Positions 29,224-40,357 of a stretch of 64,000 bases of DNA are shown piece by piece. Source of the DNA: Minisyncoccota bacterium (GTDB lineage Bacteria > Patescibacteriota > Minisyncoccia > Phycocordibacterales > UBA9973); the NCBI GenBank assembly GCA_041648595.1, contig JBAZOQ010000001.1, positions 82,242 to 146,241 of the forward strand. The letters run 5' to 3'. Each line of letters begins with the position of its first letter. The stretch's first letter is position 1. The notes under the pieces were generated by a model, which did no database searches, had not been told where the DNA came from, and saw only the letters and a list, made by a program, of their open reading frames with translations. Position numbers and translations under genes: made by a program.

Positions 29224-30444
29224 ATGTTAGATTATTTTAAAACAAGACGTTCTTTTGCTACTATTTTACTTGTGGCTCTTTTTTTTGGTCTTGGTACCTT
29301 TATAGGATTTAATCAAAGACCAGAAATAAACAAAGTTGTAAATATTTTAGGTAAAGAAACTGCAGTAATAACACAAACAGATTTTTCTCCATTTTGGAAA
29401 GTTTGGAATGAAATAAATGAAAAATATCCAAGTGCTAATAAAACAACAGACCAAGATAAGCTTTATGGAGCTATTTCTGGGCTTGTAGGCTCTTTAAATG
29501 ACCCATATAGTGTCTTTTTCAATCCAGTTGAAGCAAAGCTATTCGGAGACGATATACAAGGAAATTTCGGTGGAGTTGGTATGGAAGTTGGTATAAAAGA
29601 TAAAACATTAACTGTAATTGCTCCACTAAAAGATACTCCAGCTTATAAAGCAGATATAAAATCAGGTGATAAAATTCTTAAAATAGATGATTTAGTTACT
29701 TCTGGTTTAAGTATAGACAAAGCAATAAAGTTAATTAGGGGAGATGTTGGTACAAGTGTTAGATTAACAATTTTTCGTGAAGGAGATACAGAACCAAAAG
29801 AAATAAAAATTATACGAGATACTATTAATATACCAACACTAGATACAGAATTAAGAAAAGATGGAATTTTTATAATAAGACTTTATAGTTTTTCTGCTAA
29901 CTCAGCTCAACTTTTCCGTAATGCATTAAAAGAATTTTCTGCATCTAAATCTGATAAATTATTGCTTGACCTAAGGGGAAATCCTGGAGGATATTTAGAT
30001 GCAGCTGTTAGTATGTCAAGTTGGTTTTTAGAAGGAGGTAAAACTGTTGTAACAGAAGATTATGGAAATGATATAAAGCCCAAAATATACAGAAGTCAGG
30101 GTTATAATATATTTTCTGACAAATTAAAATTTGTTATTTTAATAGATAGTGGTTCTGCATCAGCATCTGAAATCTTAGCTGGAGCAATGCAAGACTATAA
30201 AAAAGCTTTACTTGTTGGAGATACAAGCTTTGGAAAAGGTTCTGTACAAGAAGTCATAAAAGTAACTCCAGATACTATGCTAAAAATTACTGTAGCAAAA
30301 TGGTTAACTCCAAATGGTACATCTATATCTCTCAAAGGTTTAAGACCTGATTATGAAGTATTGTTTACAAAAAAAGATTTTGAAGAAAAGAAAGATCCAC
30401 AATTAGATAAAGCAGTAGATTTATTAATTAATTGGCCAAATTAA
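29224..30444 (+). CDS. ctpA: Carboxyl-terminal protease (S41, CtpA-like); start uncertain
   Basis: [29 protein letters not shown]. Confidence 0.9.
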   Translation: MLDYFKTRRSFATILLVALFFGLGTFIGFNQRPEINKVVNILGKETAVITQTDFSPFWKVWNEINEKYPSANKTTDQDKLYGAISGLVGSLNDPYSVFFNPVEAKLFGDDIQGNFGGVGMEVGIKDKTLTVIAPLKDTPAYKADIKSGDKILKIDDLVTSGLSIDKAIKLIRGDVGTSVRLTIFREGDTEPKEIKIIRDTINIPTLDTELRKDGIFIIRLYSFSANSAQLFRNALKEFSASKSDKLLLDLRGNPGGYLDAAVSMSSWFLEGGKTVVTEDYGNDIKPKIYRSQGYNIFSDKLKFVILIDSGSASASEILAGAMQDYKKALLVGDTSFGKGSVQEVIKVTPDTMLKITVAKWLTPNGTSISLKGLRPDYEVLFTKKDFEEKKDPQLDKAVDLLINWPN

Positions 30445-30470
30445 CTACGAGCTTAACGCCACATAAAATT

Positions 30471-30914
30471 ATGAAAGTTATTTTTTTACAAGATGTACCT
30501 AGAGTAGGTAAAAAATATGATATTAAAGAAGTAAACGATGGTTATGCTTTAAATTTTTTATTTCCTAAAAAATGGGCCACACTTGCAACAAAAAAAGCTA
30601 TAACAGAAATTGAAAGACATAAAAAAGAAATTGTAATAGAAAGGGAAGTACAAGAAGATCTTTTAGTTAAAAATCTAGAAGAAATAAAAGATAAAACTAT
30701 AACGATAAAAGCAAAAGCTGATGATAAAGGACATCTTTTTTCTGCTATTCATGAAAAAATGCTAGTTGAAGCGATGGAGAAAGAATATCACGCTCAAATA
30801 GATGAAAAATTTATTGTTCTAGAAAAACAAATAAAAGAAATAGGGGAGTTTGAAATTCCGATTCTTATAAAAAACAAAAAATCTTCTTTTAAATTAATTG
30901 TTGAGAGAGTCTAA
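30471..30914 (+). CDS. rplI: 50S ribosomal protein L9
   Basis: MKVIFLQDV...GYALNFLFP. Confidence 0.93.
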   Translation: MKVIFLQDVPRVGKKYDIKEVNDGYALNFLFPKKWATLATKKAITEIERHKKEIVIEREVQEDLLVKNLEEIKDKTITIKAKADDKGHLFSAIHEKMLVEAMEKEYHAQIDEKFIVLEKQIKEIGEFEIPILIKNKKSSFKLIVERV

Positions 30915-31019
30915 AAAAACCTAAATAATACTTTTTCATGGTCCGCACTCGAACCTGAATATGGTTAACGTACTTGATTGTTGCGTATGCCAAAAAAAGT
31001 ATTATTTAGGTTTTTTAGA
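30910..31019. terminator. Long inverted repeat between convergent rplI and rpmA
   Basis: 23-bp perfect arms aaaaaacctaaataatacttttt around a ~50-nt interior. Confidence 0.65.
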
Positions 31020-31287
31020 GGACATTTACTACCTTTTTTACTACAATTTTGCCGTTAAAAGAAGTCTTTCTTTTTGAGCTAAATTTAACTGTTCCGGGCT
31101 TTAAAGCAAAAAGTGTATGATCTTTACCCATAGATACATTATGTCCAGCCATAATGACTGTACCACGCTGACGAATGATTATAGAGCCAGATTGAGCCTT
31201 TTGACCATCAGCAAGTTTTGTACCAAGATACTTTGGATTAGAATCTCTTAAGTTTTTCGCGGTTCCGCCAGCTTTTCTATGTGCCAT
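31015..31287 (-). CDS. rpmA: 50S ribosomal protein L27
   Basis: MAHRKAGG...RDSNPKYLG...IIRQRGT. Confidence 0.95.
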   Translation of the reverse strand: MAHRKAGGTAKNLRDSNPKYLGTKLADGQKAQSGSIIIRQRGTVIMAGHNVSMGKDHTLFALKPGTVKFSSKRKTSFNGKIVVKKVVNVL

Positions 31288-31407
31288 TGAATTTGTTTAT
31301 TAGGTTCTAAGTTCTAGTTTCTAGATTAAAAAATAAACAGAAAATAAAACTGTAGACTAACTATTTAATATTGTTTATAATAAGACATTGCAAGTATAAA
31401 CAATTAT

Positions 31408-31809
31408 ATGGAAAAAATCAAGCAATTTATAGAAAACGATAAAGGAAAGGATATATTGGTCATTATTATTATCATTTTAGTTGGTTTGGGTTCATTTGAA
31501 TTAGGTAGATTGTCCAAAAACGAGGTAAATTCTGGTATTAAAGTAGAATATGATACCCAAGAAGCTAATGTAATAGGATCTATAAACCTTAATAATAACA
31601 GTCCACTTAATTTAAATTCTAATTCAAATACTTTAACAAATACTCAAAAATTAAATTCTGAAAACTTTTTTGCTTCTAATAGGGGAAGTAAATATTATTC
31701 TATAAGTTGTGGAGCTGGAAAAACAATTAAACAAGAAAACAGAATATACTTTAATACAGCACAAGAAGCACAAAATGCAGGATATGAGCTTTCCAGTGCG
31801 TGCAAATAG
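31408..31809 (+). CDS. Membrane-anchored protein with Ada metal-binding-like C-terminus
   Basis: TM, then ASNRGSKYY..C..IKQENRIYF..EAQNAGY..C. Confidence 0.65.
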   Translation: MEKIKQFIENDKGKDILVIIIIILVGLGSFELGRLSKNEVNSGIKVEYDTQEANVIGSINLNNNSPLNLNSNSNTLTNTQKLNSENFFASNRGSKYYSISCGAGKTIKQENRIYFNTAQEAQNAGYELSSACK

Positions 31810-31905
31810 TTTTATCTCTAAATAAGAATTCAATTATTAATGATAATAAATAAATCAAGAAGAAAGTTTCTTGTGCGACATTAGTAAATTATATATAATA
31901 GAATA

Positions 31906-32577
31906 ATGGAAAATGAAAACAATCTTCGTGCTCAAAAAGGTGGCTTTCAAAAACCTTGGAAACTTGAAGAATTAAAAGCTGGACTTGAAAGTTTTTTCTC
32001 TAAAAATAAAAGATACCCAACAGCATCTGAGGTAGATACTTATCCATATTTACCATCAGCAAGATCTATTGAACGAAGTTTTGGTGGACTTGTTAAATTA
32101 CGCAATGAGCTTGGCTTAGATACTCAAAATGATTTACGAACAGGCTTATATAGCAGTGAAAAAGCTCGAAAAATAAATAAACGGGCTCACATAGTAGAAC
32201 AAAACGTATATAACTACCTAATAAACTTATTTGGAAAGGAATTTGTACATAGAGAATACTTTTTCTTAGATGACAAACGCACAAGGGCTGATTTTTTTGT
32301 TTATGATACAAACGAGGGATTTTGTATAGATGTATTTTATCCTAGCGATAAAAGAAACTTGACAGGTTGTTTAAATAGTAAAATTGATAAATATCAGAAT
32401 CCTTACATGAATCAATACATAACTATATTTCTGCAAATGAATAGGGAAATAAATCAAGATACTTTAAATGTCTTAATTAAAAATAAAAAAAAGAAACTAC
32501 CTAACGGACATATATTAATGTCCTGGGAAACATTTCAAGAATTCTGTAGTAAACGTAAACCTTTAAAGAAAAGTTAA
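31906..32577 (+). CDS. Hypothetical protein, possible nuclease (HNH-associated-repeat-like plus PD-(D/E)xK-like)
   Basis: YPT...LPSARSIERSFGG...LGL; later RADFFVY...IDV. Confidence 0.5.
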   Translation: MENENNLRAQKGGFQKPWKLEELKAGLESFFSKNKRYPTASEVDTYPYLPSARSIERSFGGLVKLRNELGLDTQNDLRTGLYSSEKARKINKRAHIVEQNVYNYLINLFGKEFVHREYFFLDDKRTRADFFVYDTNEGFCIDVFYPSDKRNLTGCLNSKIDKYQNPYMNQYITIFLQMNREINQDTLNVLIKNKKKKLPNGHILMSWETFQEFCSKRKPLKKS

Positions 32578-32720
32578 ACATGTACAAATCAAGCCTACGT
32601 TATTTAACAAGGCTATGTCGTATAACCTACTCGCGTAAAAGATATATTGTGCGACGTGGTATTAATTAAATACAAATAAGAAAAGTAGCTCCCTATTCAC
32701 CATACTATATACACTATGAA

Positions 32721-33023
32721 CTATTGAGTAGCTAAATCTACTTGATTAGTATTTTCGATATTTTTATTACTTCCAGAGATAAAAGATTTCCAAAGATTAT
32801 TTATAAAAATTTCTTTCCAAAGATATGAGACGGGTTCTTTTAAATAATCATCCCATAAGTTTCTAGTCCCTACCCCGACATAGCTCATATTGTCTTTGGT
32901 TACAGGACTTTCTATTACAGATTTTATATTTATTTTAAAATAACTAATCACTAATATTATAATAAGTCCTAAAAAAAGAATTCCTAATATACTTATACCC
33001 TTTTGTTTATTATTTTTTTGCAT
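32721..33023 (-). CDS. Small membrane protein with pilin-like N-terminus
   Basis: KQKG|ISILGIL followed by a hydrophobic stretch. Confidence 0.55.
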   Translation of the reverse strand: MQKNNKQKGISILGILFLGLIIILVISYFKINIKSVIESPVTKDNMSYVGVGTRNLWDDYLKEPVSYLWKEIFINNLWKSFISGSNKNIENTNQVDLATQ

Positions 33024-33031
33024 ATTAATTT

Positions 33032-33181
33032 TTAGTTAAAAACAGTATTGAATAATGTCTTAATCCAATTAAAAACATCTGATATAGTGATGTTAAAATA
33101 TTTAAATAAAAACAAAGCAATTACAATAATAATAATTATTTTTAAAAACCCTTTTTGTTTATTTTTTGTATTATTACTCAT
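33032..33181 (-). CDS. 49-aa protein with pilin-like N-terminus (not in ORF track)
   Basis: MSNNTKNKQKG|FLKIIIIIVIALFLFKYF... Confidence 0.5.
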   Translation of the reverse strand: MSNNTKNKQKGFLKIIIIIVIALFLFKYFNITISDVFNWIKTLFNTVFN

Positions 33182-33220
33182 TTTTGTATTTTACCACAAA
33201 AAATTTATTTTGAACAATAT

Positions 33221-34531
33221 TTATTTAAACATGGATGCTGTTGTAGAAGGCAAATAATATAATGGATCAAGATAAGCATTAATCGGAGATATGGGTTGAG
33301 TAAGGACTCTTCCTGGGCATGATTTACTTGGTAAAGTTTTTAAATTAACAGCATCTTTAGCGTAAATAGAAAGATGTAAATGTGGCCCTGTAGAATAGCC
33401 AGTATTGCCACTATAACCAACAATTTCTCCTCGGCTTACTTTATCTCCTGTATTCACTTTTATAAGTGACAAATGTCCAAAAGTACTAGCTAAACCATTA
33501 TTATATTTAATTAAAACAAAACGCCCAAATGAAACTCCTGAACATTGTATGTCCGTATCACCAACACCAGCCACTACTCCATCTGCTAAAGCCTTTACTG
33601 GTGTACCGATAGGTGCACGAAAATCAACTCCATTATGTGTGCCACTGGCATAAAGACGCTTACCTGCTTCTGTTTTACCAAATGATTGAGTGATAAGAAC
33701 ATAATCAAGTGGCCAACTTAATACTCCCCCATTTGGAAGTTTAGAAGGATCAAGAACATACTGTAACTGTGATTCATAATCACGCAATTCTTTTTCAAAA
33801 GCATCTTTTTTTGCAAGTCCATCTTTTAATAATTTTTGATAATTAGTTTCATTGTTTTTTGTTTTTATTAAAAGTTTATTCTTTTCTCTAGTATTTTCAT
33901 CTACTATTTTTTTCTGATCAGAAAGTTTAGATTTTAAACTTAAAAGTTCATCTTTTGCTTTTGTTGTTTCTGTTCTTGTGTCTTCTAAGACAATTTTAAC
34001 TTGTTTTAACTCTGTTGTTGATTTTATTATTGCATCATTTACCGCTACTATATTATCTATATCATTCCAAACATTAGTAAAATTATTTTCTGATAACATT
34101 ACTAAAAGAGCATCGTTTTGTTCAAATTGATTTATTATCCTAAGGTCAGAAGATATCACATCAATATTATTGTAAATAATATTTTGTTTATCATTTATAT
34201 TTAAGCTTAATTCTTGTATTTTAAGATTAGTTTTATCTATTTTGTTTTGTGTTACAGAAATATCAGCATTTAATTTTTTTTTAGTTAAATCAAGTTGTTT
34301 TATGGAGACATTAAGAGAATTTTTCTGTTTACTTAGATCATTAAGTTCTAGTTGATATTGTTTTATCTCTTCTTCTAGTTTACCTATGTCCGTATTTTTT
34401 TGATTTATTTTATCATTAAGTTCATTTACTGTTTTTGCAGAAGAAAAAACAAAAGGAAATATTATTAAAAATCCTAAAAAAAGTATCAGAAACTTTCTAT
34501 ATTGCTTTTTGTAATCTTGATAAGGTTTCAT
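33221..34531 (-). CDS. Coiled-coil M23 peptidase (EnvC/CwlO-like); start uncertain
   Basis: Long coiled coil, HNGVD, GYSTGPHLH. Confidence 0.85.
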   Translation of the reverse strand: MKPYQDYKKQYRKFLILFLGFLIIFPFVFSSAKTVNELNDKINQKNTDIGKLEEEIKQYQLELNDLSKQKNSLNVSIKQLDLTKKKLNADISVTQNKIDKTNLKIQELSLNINDKQNIIYNNIDVISSDLRIINQFEQNDALLVMLSENNFTNVWNDIDNIVAVNDAIIKSTTELKQVKIVLEDTRTETTKAKDELLSLKSKLSDQKKIVDENTREKNKLLIKTKNNETNYQKLLKDGLAKKDAFEKELRDYESQLQYVLDPSKLPNGGVLSWPLDYVLITQSFGKTEAGKRLYASGTHNGVDFRAPIGTPVKALADGVVAGVGDTDIQCSGVSFGRFVLIKYNNGLASTFGHLSLIKVNTGDKVSRGEIVGYSGNTGYSTGPHLHLSIYAKDAVNLKTLPSKSCPGRVLTQPISPINAYLDPLYYLPSTTASMFK

Positions 34532-35936
34532 TTTTCCCTAAAATTTCAGCTATGATAAATGGATCAGGAGATTTATCAAGTCCCGACAGGGCATATCGAA
34601 CAGGATGTAATAGTTCTCCCCTACTTTCTAATCTATCTGCTATCTGCATTAAAGTATTTTTTATGTTTTCTGTTATAAAGTTTTTTTCCTCTAACTTATT
34701 TAACTCCACAATAGCTAAAGCTAAATTTTCTGAAATTTTTTCAGATGTTATGTTCTTATATAAAAGCTTATCCCTAAAAAACTCAGGCTGTTTATAAAAG
34801 AAGTCCAACTCTCCTCTTTCTATCATTTCTTTTATATCACTCCATTTTGAAATTCTCTCTGTAATTATGGGAATTATTTTTCCTGCCTTGCCGGCAGGCA
34901 GGTCTATTTTTAATTCTTCTGGAAGATATTTAAATATATTTTCTTTTAATTCTTCTTTTGATAATTTTTTTATATGTTCCTTGTTTATCCAATTTAATTT
35001 AACATCGTTCCATTGAGCTCCAGAATGACCTACGCGAGATAAATCAAAAGTTTTTATAAGTTCATCAATAGTGAATATTTCTCTTTCATCTCCAGGATTC
35101 CAACCCAAAAGAGCTAAAAAGTTAATCATTGCTTCAGGTAAATATCCTTCCTTTCTATATTCTAAAACATCTTTTGCTCCATCTCTTTTACCAAGTTTCT
35201 TTTTGCCATCTTCACCCATTATTGGTGGCAATGTTGCATATAATGGTGGTTTTATACCTAATGCATCATATAAAGAAAGAAATTTAGGAACTGAAGATAT
35301 AAATTCTTGTCCACGCATCACATGGGTTACACCCATTTCAATATCATCTATAATATGTGCAAAATTATACGTTGGATAACCATCACTTTTTATTAAAATA
35401 AAATCATCTAATGCTTCAGGACCAGCAGAAAGATCACCATATACAAGATCATTCCATTTATAACTTTTTATTTCTGGAGTTTTAAAACGAAGTGGCTTTG
35501 TATAATCCCATTTATCAAAAACTTCTGGACGATGTTCCCTATATAAAAATGGTTTCTTCACAAGCAAAGCCCTATCACGAAAAATTCCTACTTCTTCTTC
35601 AGTGTATGGGTCAGGATAAGCTAAACCCTTATCAATAAGTATTTGTGCATATTTTTTATATGAATCAAGTCTTTCTGATTGTAGATATGGAGCATTTGGT
35701 CCACCAATATTTGGTCCTTCATCCCAATTAATTCCCAACCATTTTAATGATTCAATAATGTGCTCAATAGAGCCAGCTACTTCCCTTTCTTTATCTGTAT
35801 CCTCAATTCTTAATATAAAAGTACCTTTATTCTTTCTAGCCCAAAGCCAAGCATATAAAGCAGTACGAATACCACCAACATGCATAAAACCAGTTGGAGA
35901 AGGAGCAAATCTTGTAACAACTTTCATATTTCCCAT
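34497..35936 (-). CDS. gltX: Glutamate--tRNA ligase
   Basis: TRFAPSPTG, HVGG, RIEDTD, KLGKR. Confidence 0.95.
   Translation of the reverse strand: MGNMKVVTRFAPSPTGFMHVGGIRTALYAWLWARKNKGTFILRIEDTDKEREVAGSIEHIIESLKWLGINWDEGPNIGGPNAPYLQSERLDSYKKYAQILIDKGLAYPDPYTEEEVGIFRDRALLVKKPFLYREHRPEVFDKWDYTKPLRFKTPEIKSYKWNDLVYGDLSAGPEALDDFILIKSDGYPTYNFAHIIDDIEMGVTHVMRGQEFISSVPKFLSLYDALGIKPPLYATLPPIMGEDGKKKLGKRDGAKDVLEYRKEGYLPEAMINFLALLGWNPGDEREIFTIDELIKTFDLSRVGHSGAQWNDVKLNWINKEHIKKLSKEELKENIFKYLPEELKIDLPAGKAGKIIPIITERISKWSDIKEMIERGELDFFYKQPEFFRDKLLYKNITSEKISENLALAIVELNKLEEKNFITENIKNTLMQIADRLESRGELLHPVRYALSGLDKSPDPFIIAEILGKNETLSRLQKAI
34882..34902. repeat. 21-bp palindrome in frame within gltX (LPAGKAG)
   Basis: cctgccttgccggcaggcagg. 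Confidence 0.75.
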
Positions 35937-36018
35937 ATATCCATTCTAACATTTTTTAGTAAAAATAAGAAAAGCCCAACAAGACTTCTCTTGTTAAGCT
36001 AAAAGATCAAAAAGCAAC

Positions 36019-37152
36019 TTATTGTTTTTCGTGAGTGAGTGCTATATCCATCAATTCGCGAGCAATTGTATATGCAGCATCTGGTTTATTATATGCTTTT
36101 GCATTACGTATCATTCTTTCACAAATAGCTTTATCTTCTGTTATTCTTTCAATTTCTGAACTTAAAATATTAGCAGTCATATTAGCTTCCTCGATAACAT
36201 TACATGCTCCAGTATGAGCATAACTAAAAGCATTTTTTCTTTGATGATCACCATTTGTAGTCGTTATTGGAATAATAATCGATGGTACTCCCCAAGAAGC
36301 TATTTCAAATAAGGTTGAACCTGCTCTAGATACAATAATCGTTGCAGCTCCAGCAGCCATTTTCATAGCTAGAGGATTAAAAAATATAAAAGGTAAATAT
36401 CTAACTTTTTCTTGATTAGAGCCAAGTATTATTCCCGAACGTGCTATTACGCTATCAAAATTATTTATTCCTGTTTGATGAATAATCTGAAAGTTTTTTA
36501 TAAGTCTTGGTAATGCATCAAGTACTATATTATTTATAAGTTCTGCTCCTTGAGAACCACCTAAAATTAAAATAACTGGTAATCCTGATTCAAGTTTAAA
36601 ATATTGCAAACCCTCTTCACGAGAAGCACAATGTTCTATCTCTCTTCTTATTGGATGCCCTGTCCAAGCAACCCTATCTTTAGGAAAATAATCTGCTGCT
36701 TCTTTAAAAGAGACAGCAACTTTTTTTGCAAAATGACCTGCCCATTTATTAACTCGTCCGGGTACAGAATCTGATTCGTGTATTAAAACAGGAATACGTA
36801 AAATTCTGGCAGCAAGAATAGTTGGGAATGAAGCATAGCCACCTTTACCAAAAACAACATCTGGATATATCGAAAATATTTTATAAATAGCATTCAAAGT
36901 GCCAAAAAACATTTTAAAAATATCAAAAAAATTCTTAATAGAAAAATATGTACGTAATTTACCAGCTTGCGTTTCCTCATAAGAAAGTCCATTTTCTAAA
37001 AGCATTTCTTTGTCATATGGACTATCAGAAAAATAATAAAGCTTAGCTCCTATTATTTTTTCTTTATCTATTATTTGATTGACTTTTTGAGCAACAGCAA
37101 TAATTGGATAAAAATGTCCGCCTGTTCCTCCGCCTGTAAATACTATTTTCAT
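36019..37152 (-). CDS. murG: MurG glycosyltransferase
   Basis: GGGTGGH, GGYAS, GGSQGA, SRAG, HQRKNA. Confidence 0.95.
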   Translation of the reverse strand: MKIVFTGGGTGGHFYPIIAVAQKVNQIIDKEKIIGAKLYYFSDSPYDKEMLLENGLSYEETQAGKLRTYFSIKNFFDIFKMFFGTLNAIYKIFSIYPDVVFGKGGYASFPTILAARILRIPVLIHESDSVPGRVNKWAGHFAKKVAVSFKEAADYFPKDRVAWTGHPIRREIEHCASREEGLQYFKLESGLPVILILGGSQGAELINNIVLDALPRLIKNFQIIHQTGINNFDSVIARSGIILGSNQEKVRYLPFIFFNPLAMKMAAGAATIIVSRAGSTLFEIASWGVPSIIIPITTTNGDHQRKNAFSYAHTGACNVIEEANMTANILSSEIERITEDKAICERMIRNAKAYNKPDAAYTIARELMDIALTHEKQ

Positions 37153-37189
37153 TATTTTAATTTAATTAAAAAACTTTATAAAGTTTACA

Positions 37190-38296
37190 TTAACTTTTAA
37201 CCTGAAATTTTGATATTTGAAGTACAATACCTACAGCTATAAGATATATCATAAGAGAAGTACCCCCATGACTAATAAAAACTAAAGGCACACCCGTCAG
37301 AGGAAAAACTCCAGTGACAGAAGCAATATTCATAAAAGACTGTGCTGTAATCAGTATAACAATTCCAGAAACTAAAAGTCTACTAAATAAATCTGGTGAA
37401 TTATTGGCAATACGAAGCCCACGCAAAATAAATAATAAATAAAGTATTATTATTCCAACTCCTCCAACAAAACCTAATTCTTCTCCAACAACAGCAAAAA
37501 TAGAATCTCCTTGTGGTTCTGGTAAATAGCTAAATTTTTGTATACTTTGACCATATCCCCTACCTAAAATTCCACCTGAACCAATAGCTATGAGAGATTG
37601 CTGTATTTGCCAAGAAGACCCTTTAGGATCTTGCGACGGATCAATAAAAGTTTTTATTCGTTCCTGAAGATATGGAGTAAAATATACAAGAAATCCAAAA
37701 GCAACAATAGTTATTGTTCCTAATAAAGTAATCCATTTCATAGATACTCCAGAGATAAAAAGCATACATACTCCAGTAAACACAATTAAAATAAAACTTT
37801 TTGTATCTGGTTGATTAAGTAAAATAAAAGCTATAATAGTAAGTAATATTCCCAATGGTAAAATACCAAATTTAAAATCTTGCACCTTGTTTTTTACCCA
37901 AGAAAGCCAAGCAGCAAAATAAATAACAAAACCAAATTTTAAAAACTCTACTGGTTGGAATCGTAATGGTCCAAGCTCAATCCATCTTGTAGCACCTAAA
38001 TGACTCCATCCTAAGTAAGGAATAAAAACTGCAGCAGTGATTAATATTGATCCTAGAAAAATATAAAAAGAATATTTACGCCAAAATTTATAATCTATCT
38101 TTAGAGCAAAAAACATACCAACAAAACCAAAACCAAAACCAAGAACTAGTTGACTAAAAAGTACTGAATAAAACGTACTTTGATTTTTGGCTAATATACC
38201 AAAAGAAGCAGAAATAAAAATAGCAGCCCCTATTGAGATTAAAAGAAAAACAATTATAAAAAAAAATTTATCTACCTTTCTTCCTTTTGTATGCAT
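37190..38296 (-). CDS. ftsW: SEDS family protein FtsW
   Basis: GATRWI, QPVEFLK, LPEPQGDSIF, PLTGVPLVFISHGG; lies between mraY and murG. Confidence 0.9.
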   Translation of the reverse strand: MHTKGRKVDKFFFIIVFLLISIGAAIFISASFGILAKNQSTFYSVLFSQLVLGFGFGFVGMFFALKIDYKFWRKYSFYIFLGSILITAAVFIPYLGWSHLGATRWIELGPLRFQPVEFLKFGFVIYFAAWLSWVKNKVQDFKFGILPLGILLTIIAFILLNQPDTKSFILIVFTGVCMLFISGVSMKWITLLGTITIVAFGFLVYFTPYLQERIKTFIDPSQDPKGSSWQIQQSLIAIGSGGILGRGYGQSIQKFSYLPEPQGDSIFAVVGEELGFVGGVGIIILYLLFILRGLRIANNSPDLFSRLLVSGIVILITAQSFMNIASVTGVFPLTGVPLVFISHGGTSLMIYLIAVGIVLQISKFQVKS

Positions 38297-38350
38297 TTTA
38301 TTTTTGAATTTACTTTATAAACTTTATAACTTTCTACTTTATAACTACTT

Positions 38351-39403
38351 TCACCTACTAATAACAGCTAAAATTATACCTATAATAGAAAAAGCAACAG
38401 ATAAAATCCAGAAACGCATTGTAACTTTATAAGATGGCCAACCTAGTGCTTCAAAATGATGATGAATTGGAGCTAATCGAAATATTTTCTTACCATTTCT
38501 TAATTTTTTTGAAAAAACTTGTAAAATGACAGACAAAGAACTGATAACGAGAGGCATTGCAACAATTGGAAGAATCAAAATTGAATCAGTCAAAAATGCT
38601 AGTGTCGCAAGTGTTATTGTAAGCCCTATAATTCCTGTTTCTCCCATATAAAATCTAGCTGGAGGAATATTAAACCAAAGAAATGCTAATATTGCTCCAG
38701 TTATAACGGCTGAAAATGCAGCTATATCTATTTGATTGTTTGTAAATGCTATTACTGAATAAGCAGCAAAAATAGAAGATAATACTCCACCTGAAAGGCC
38801 GTCTATACCATCTATGACACCACCTGAAAAAGTAGCTAATGCAACTATTATAAAAAGTGGAATAATTAAAATACCTAAATATAATTCTCCACTAAATGGA
38901 ATATGTATTGTTACCATTCCTAATTTAAAATAAAAATAAAGTCCAATTAAAAAAGAAATACAAAATACTAAAAATACTTTCCATTTACGCCAAGACTTAT
39001 CATCATGAGCAATCTTTCCTTTTCCATAAATTTGTATTAAATCATCCCAAAGTCCCAAAAATGATCCAAAAAGTAAAACTAAAAGAGGTATTAAGGTTTG
39101 ATTTTTACTCAAAAAGTTTATCTTTTCAGTAATTTCTGTTGGAAATAAAATTGAAATTATATAAAAAATTAAAGTTGAAAAAAGTATTGAAACCCATATT
39201 ATTATTCCACCAACTCGAGGAGTTTTAAGTTCTTCCTCTTCATTATGAACTTTTTGAAATTCTGTATTAGTAACATCATTACGAGAATATTTTTTCCACA
39301 TTTGGTATTTATAAAAAAAATGTGTTGCAAATGGTGTTATAAAAAGCCCTATTAAAAGAGCCATTATCATTGGCAAAAATATTTTAACTAAATTTAAAAG
39401 CAT
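38351..39403 (-). CDS. mraY: Phospho-N-acetylmuramoyl-pentapeptide transferase
   Basis: TPRVGG, DGIDGL, PARFYMGETG, APIHHHFE. Confidence 0.95.
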   Translation of the reverse strand: MLLNLVKIFLPMIMALLIGLFITPFATHFFYKYQMWKKYSRNDVTNTEFQKVHNEEEELKTPRVGGIIIWVSILFSTLIFYIISILFPTEITEKINFLSKNQTLIPLLVLLFGSFLGLWDDLIQIYGKGKIAHDDKSWRKWKVFLVFCISFLIGLYFYFKLGMVTIHIPFSGELYLGILIIPLFIIVALATFSGGVIDGIDGLSGGVLSSIFAAYSVIAFTNNQIDIAAFSAVITGAILAFLWFNIPPARFYMGETGIIGLTITLATLAFLTDSILILPIVAMPLVISSLSVILQVFSKKLRNGKKIFRLAPIHHHFEALGWPSYKVTMRFWILSVAFSIIGIILAVISR

Positions 39404-39459
39404 ATAGAGATTATAACAGATTTTCTAAAACTGTGTATAACCAAAGAAAGACCACCATT

Positions 39460-40350
39460 CTAGAGATCTACTTTATATAGTGTATCTATAATTTTTTCTA
39501 TATCAGAAAATCTACCTTCTCTTGTTGATCCTAATACTGTAATAGCTATATTGTGATCATATTGATTTTTGTAAATTATAGTTAAATTACCACCAGCAAG
39601 TGGTGTATATCCTGTTTTAGAAAATAAAATATTAAGAATTTTATCTAAAATAACATCAGTATTTTTTATTTTGTGCTCAAAACCATCTTCAGATTTTATT
39701 GTTATTTCTGGTAAAATACTTGCACTAAATATCTCAGGATATAATTTAAATCCATATATAGCCATAATATTTACATCATTTGCTGAAGAATAAGCACCCA
39801 CATTTTCTTCATCAATATCTAAACCAGTAAAATTAAAAAAAGATGTATTCTCCATACCGATCATTAGTGCTTTATTATTCATTTTTTCTAAAAAACTATT
39901 ATTATTTTCCGAAAAAGCATAAGCACCATCATTCGCAGAGCCAACTAAAGTAAATTTAGCTAAATCCCTAATCTTAAATTTTTCATTAACAAAAAATCCA
40001 TAATCCCCTTCTTGCTTTACCGCTTCTTTAGAAATAGAAATAACATCATCCATTTTATGATTATTAAGAACAACAATAGTACTCATTATTTTAGTCAATG
40101 ATGCAATAGGCATTTTTATATTATCATTCCTTCCATAAATTTTTCTATTTAAAGTTTCATCATAAATAGATATTGCCTTAGCTTCTATTGGAATATTTGA
40201 AAACGTATCATATATCTTTGCAATTTTATTTTCTTCGTTTTTATACTGAAGTTCTAATTTATTATTACCAATAGAAAAAAAAATTGCTTCTATTGCAAAT
40301 AAAATTAATATAAAAAATAACAAATTATTTTCTTTAGATGTCTCCATCAT
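39460..40350 (-). CDS. D-Ala-D-Ala carboxypeptidase (S11)
   Basis: ASLTK, SAND, KTGYT. Confidence 0.88.
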   Translation of the reverse strand: MMETSKENNLLFFILILFAIEAIFFSIGNNKLELQYKNEENKIAKIYDTFSNIPIEAKAISIYDETLNRKIYGRNDNIKMPIASLTKIMSTIVVLNNHKMDDVISISKEAVKQEGDYGFFVNEKFKIRDLAKFTLVGSANDGAYAFSENNNSFLEKMNNKALMIGMENTSFFNFTGLDIDEENVGAYSSANDVNIMAIYGFKLYPEIFSASILPEITIKSEDGFEHKIKNTDVILDKILNILFSKTGYTPLAGGNLTIIYKNQYDHNIAITVLGSTREGRFSDIEKIIDTLYKVDL

Positions 40351-40357
40351 TTTTTAA

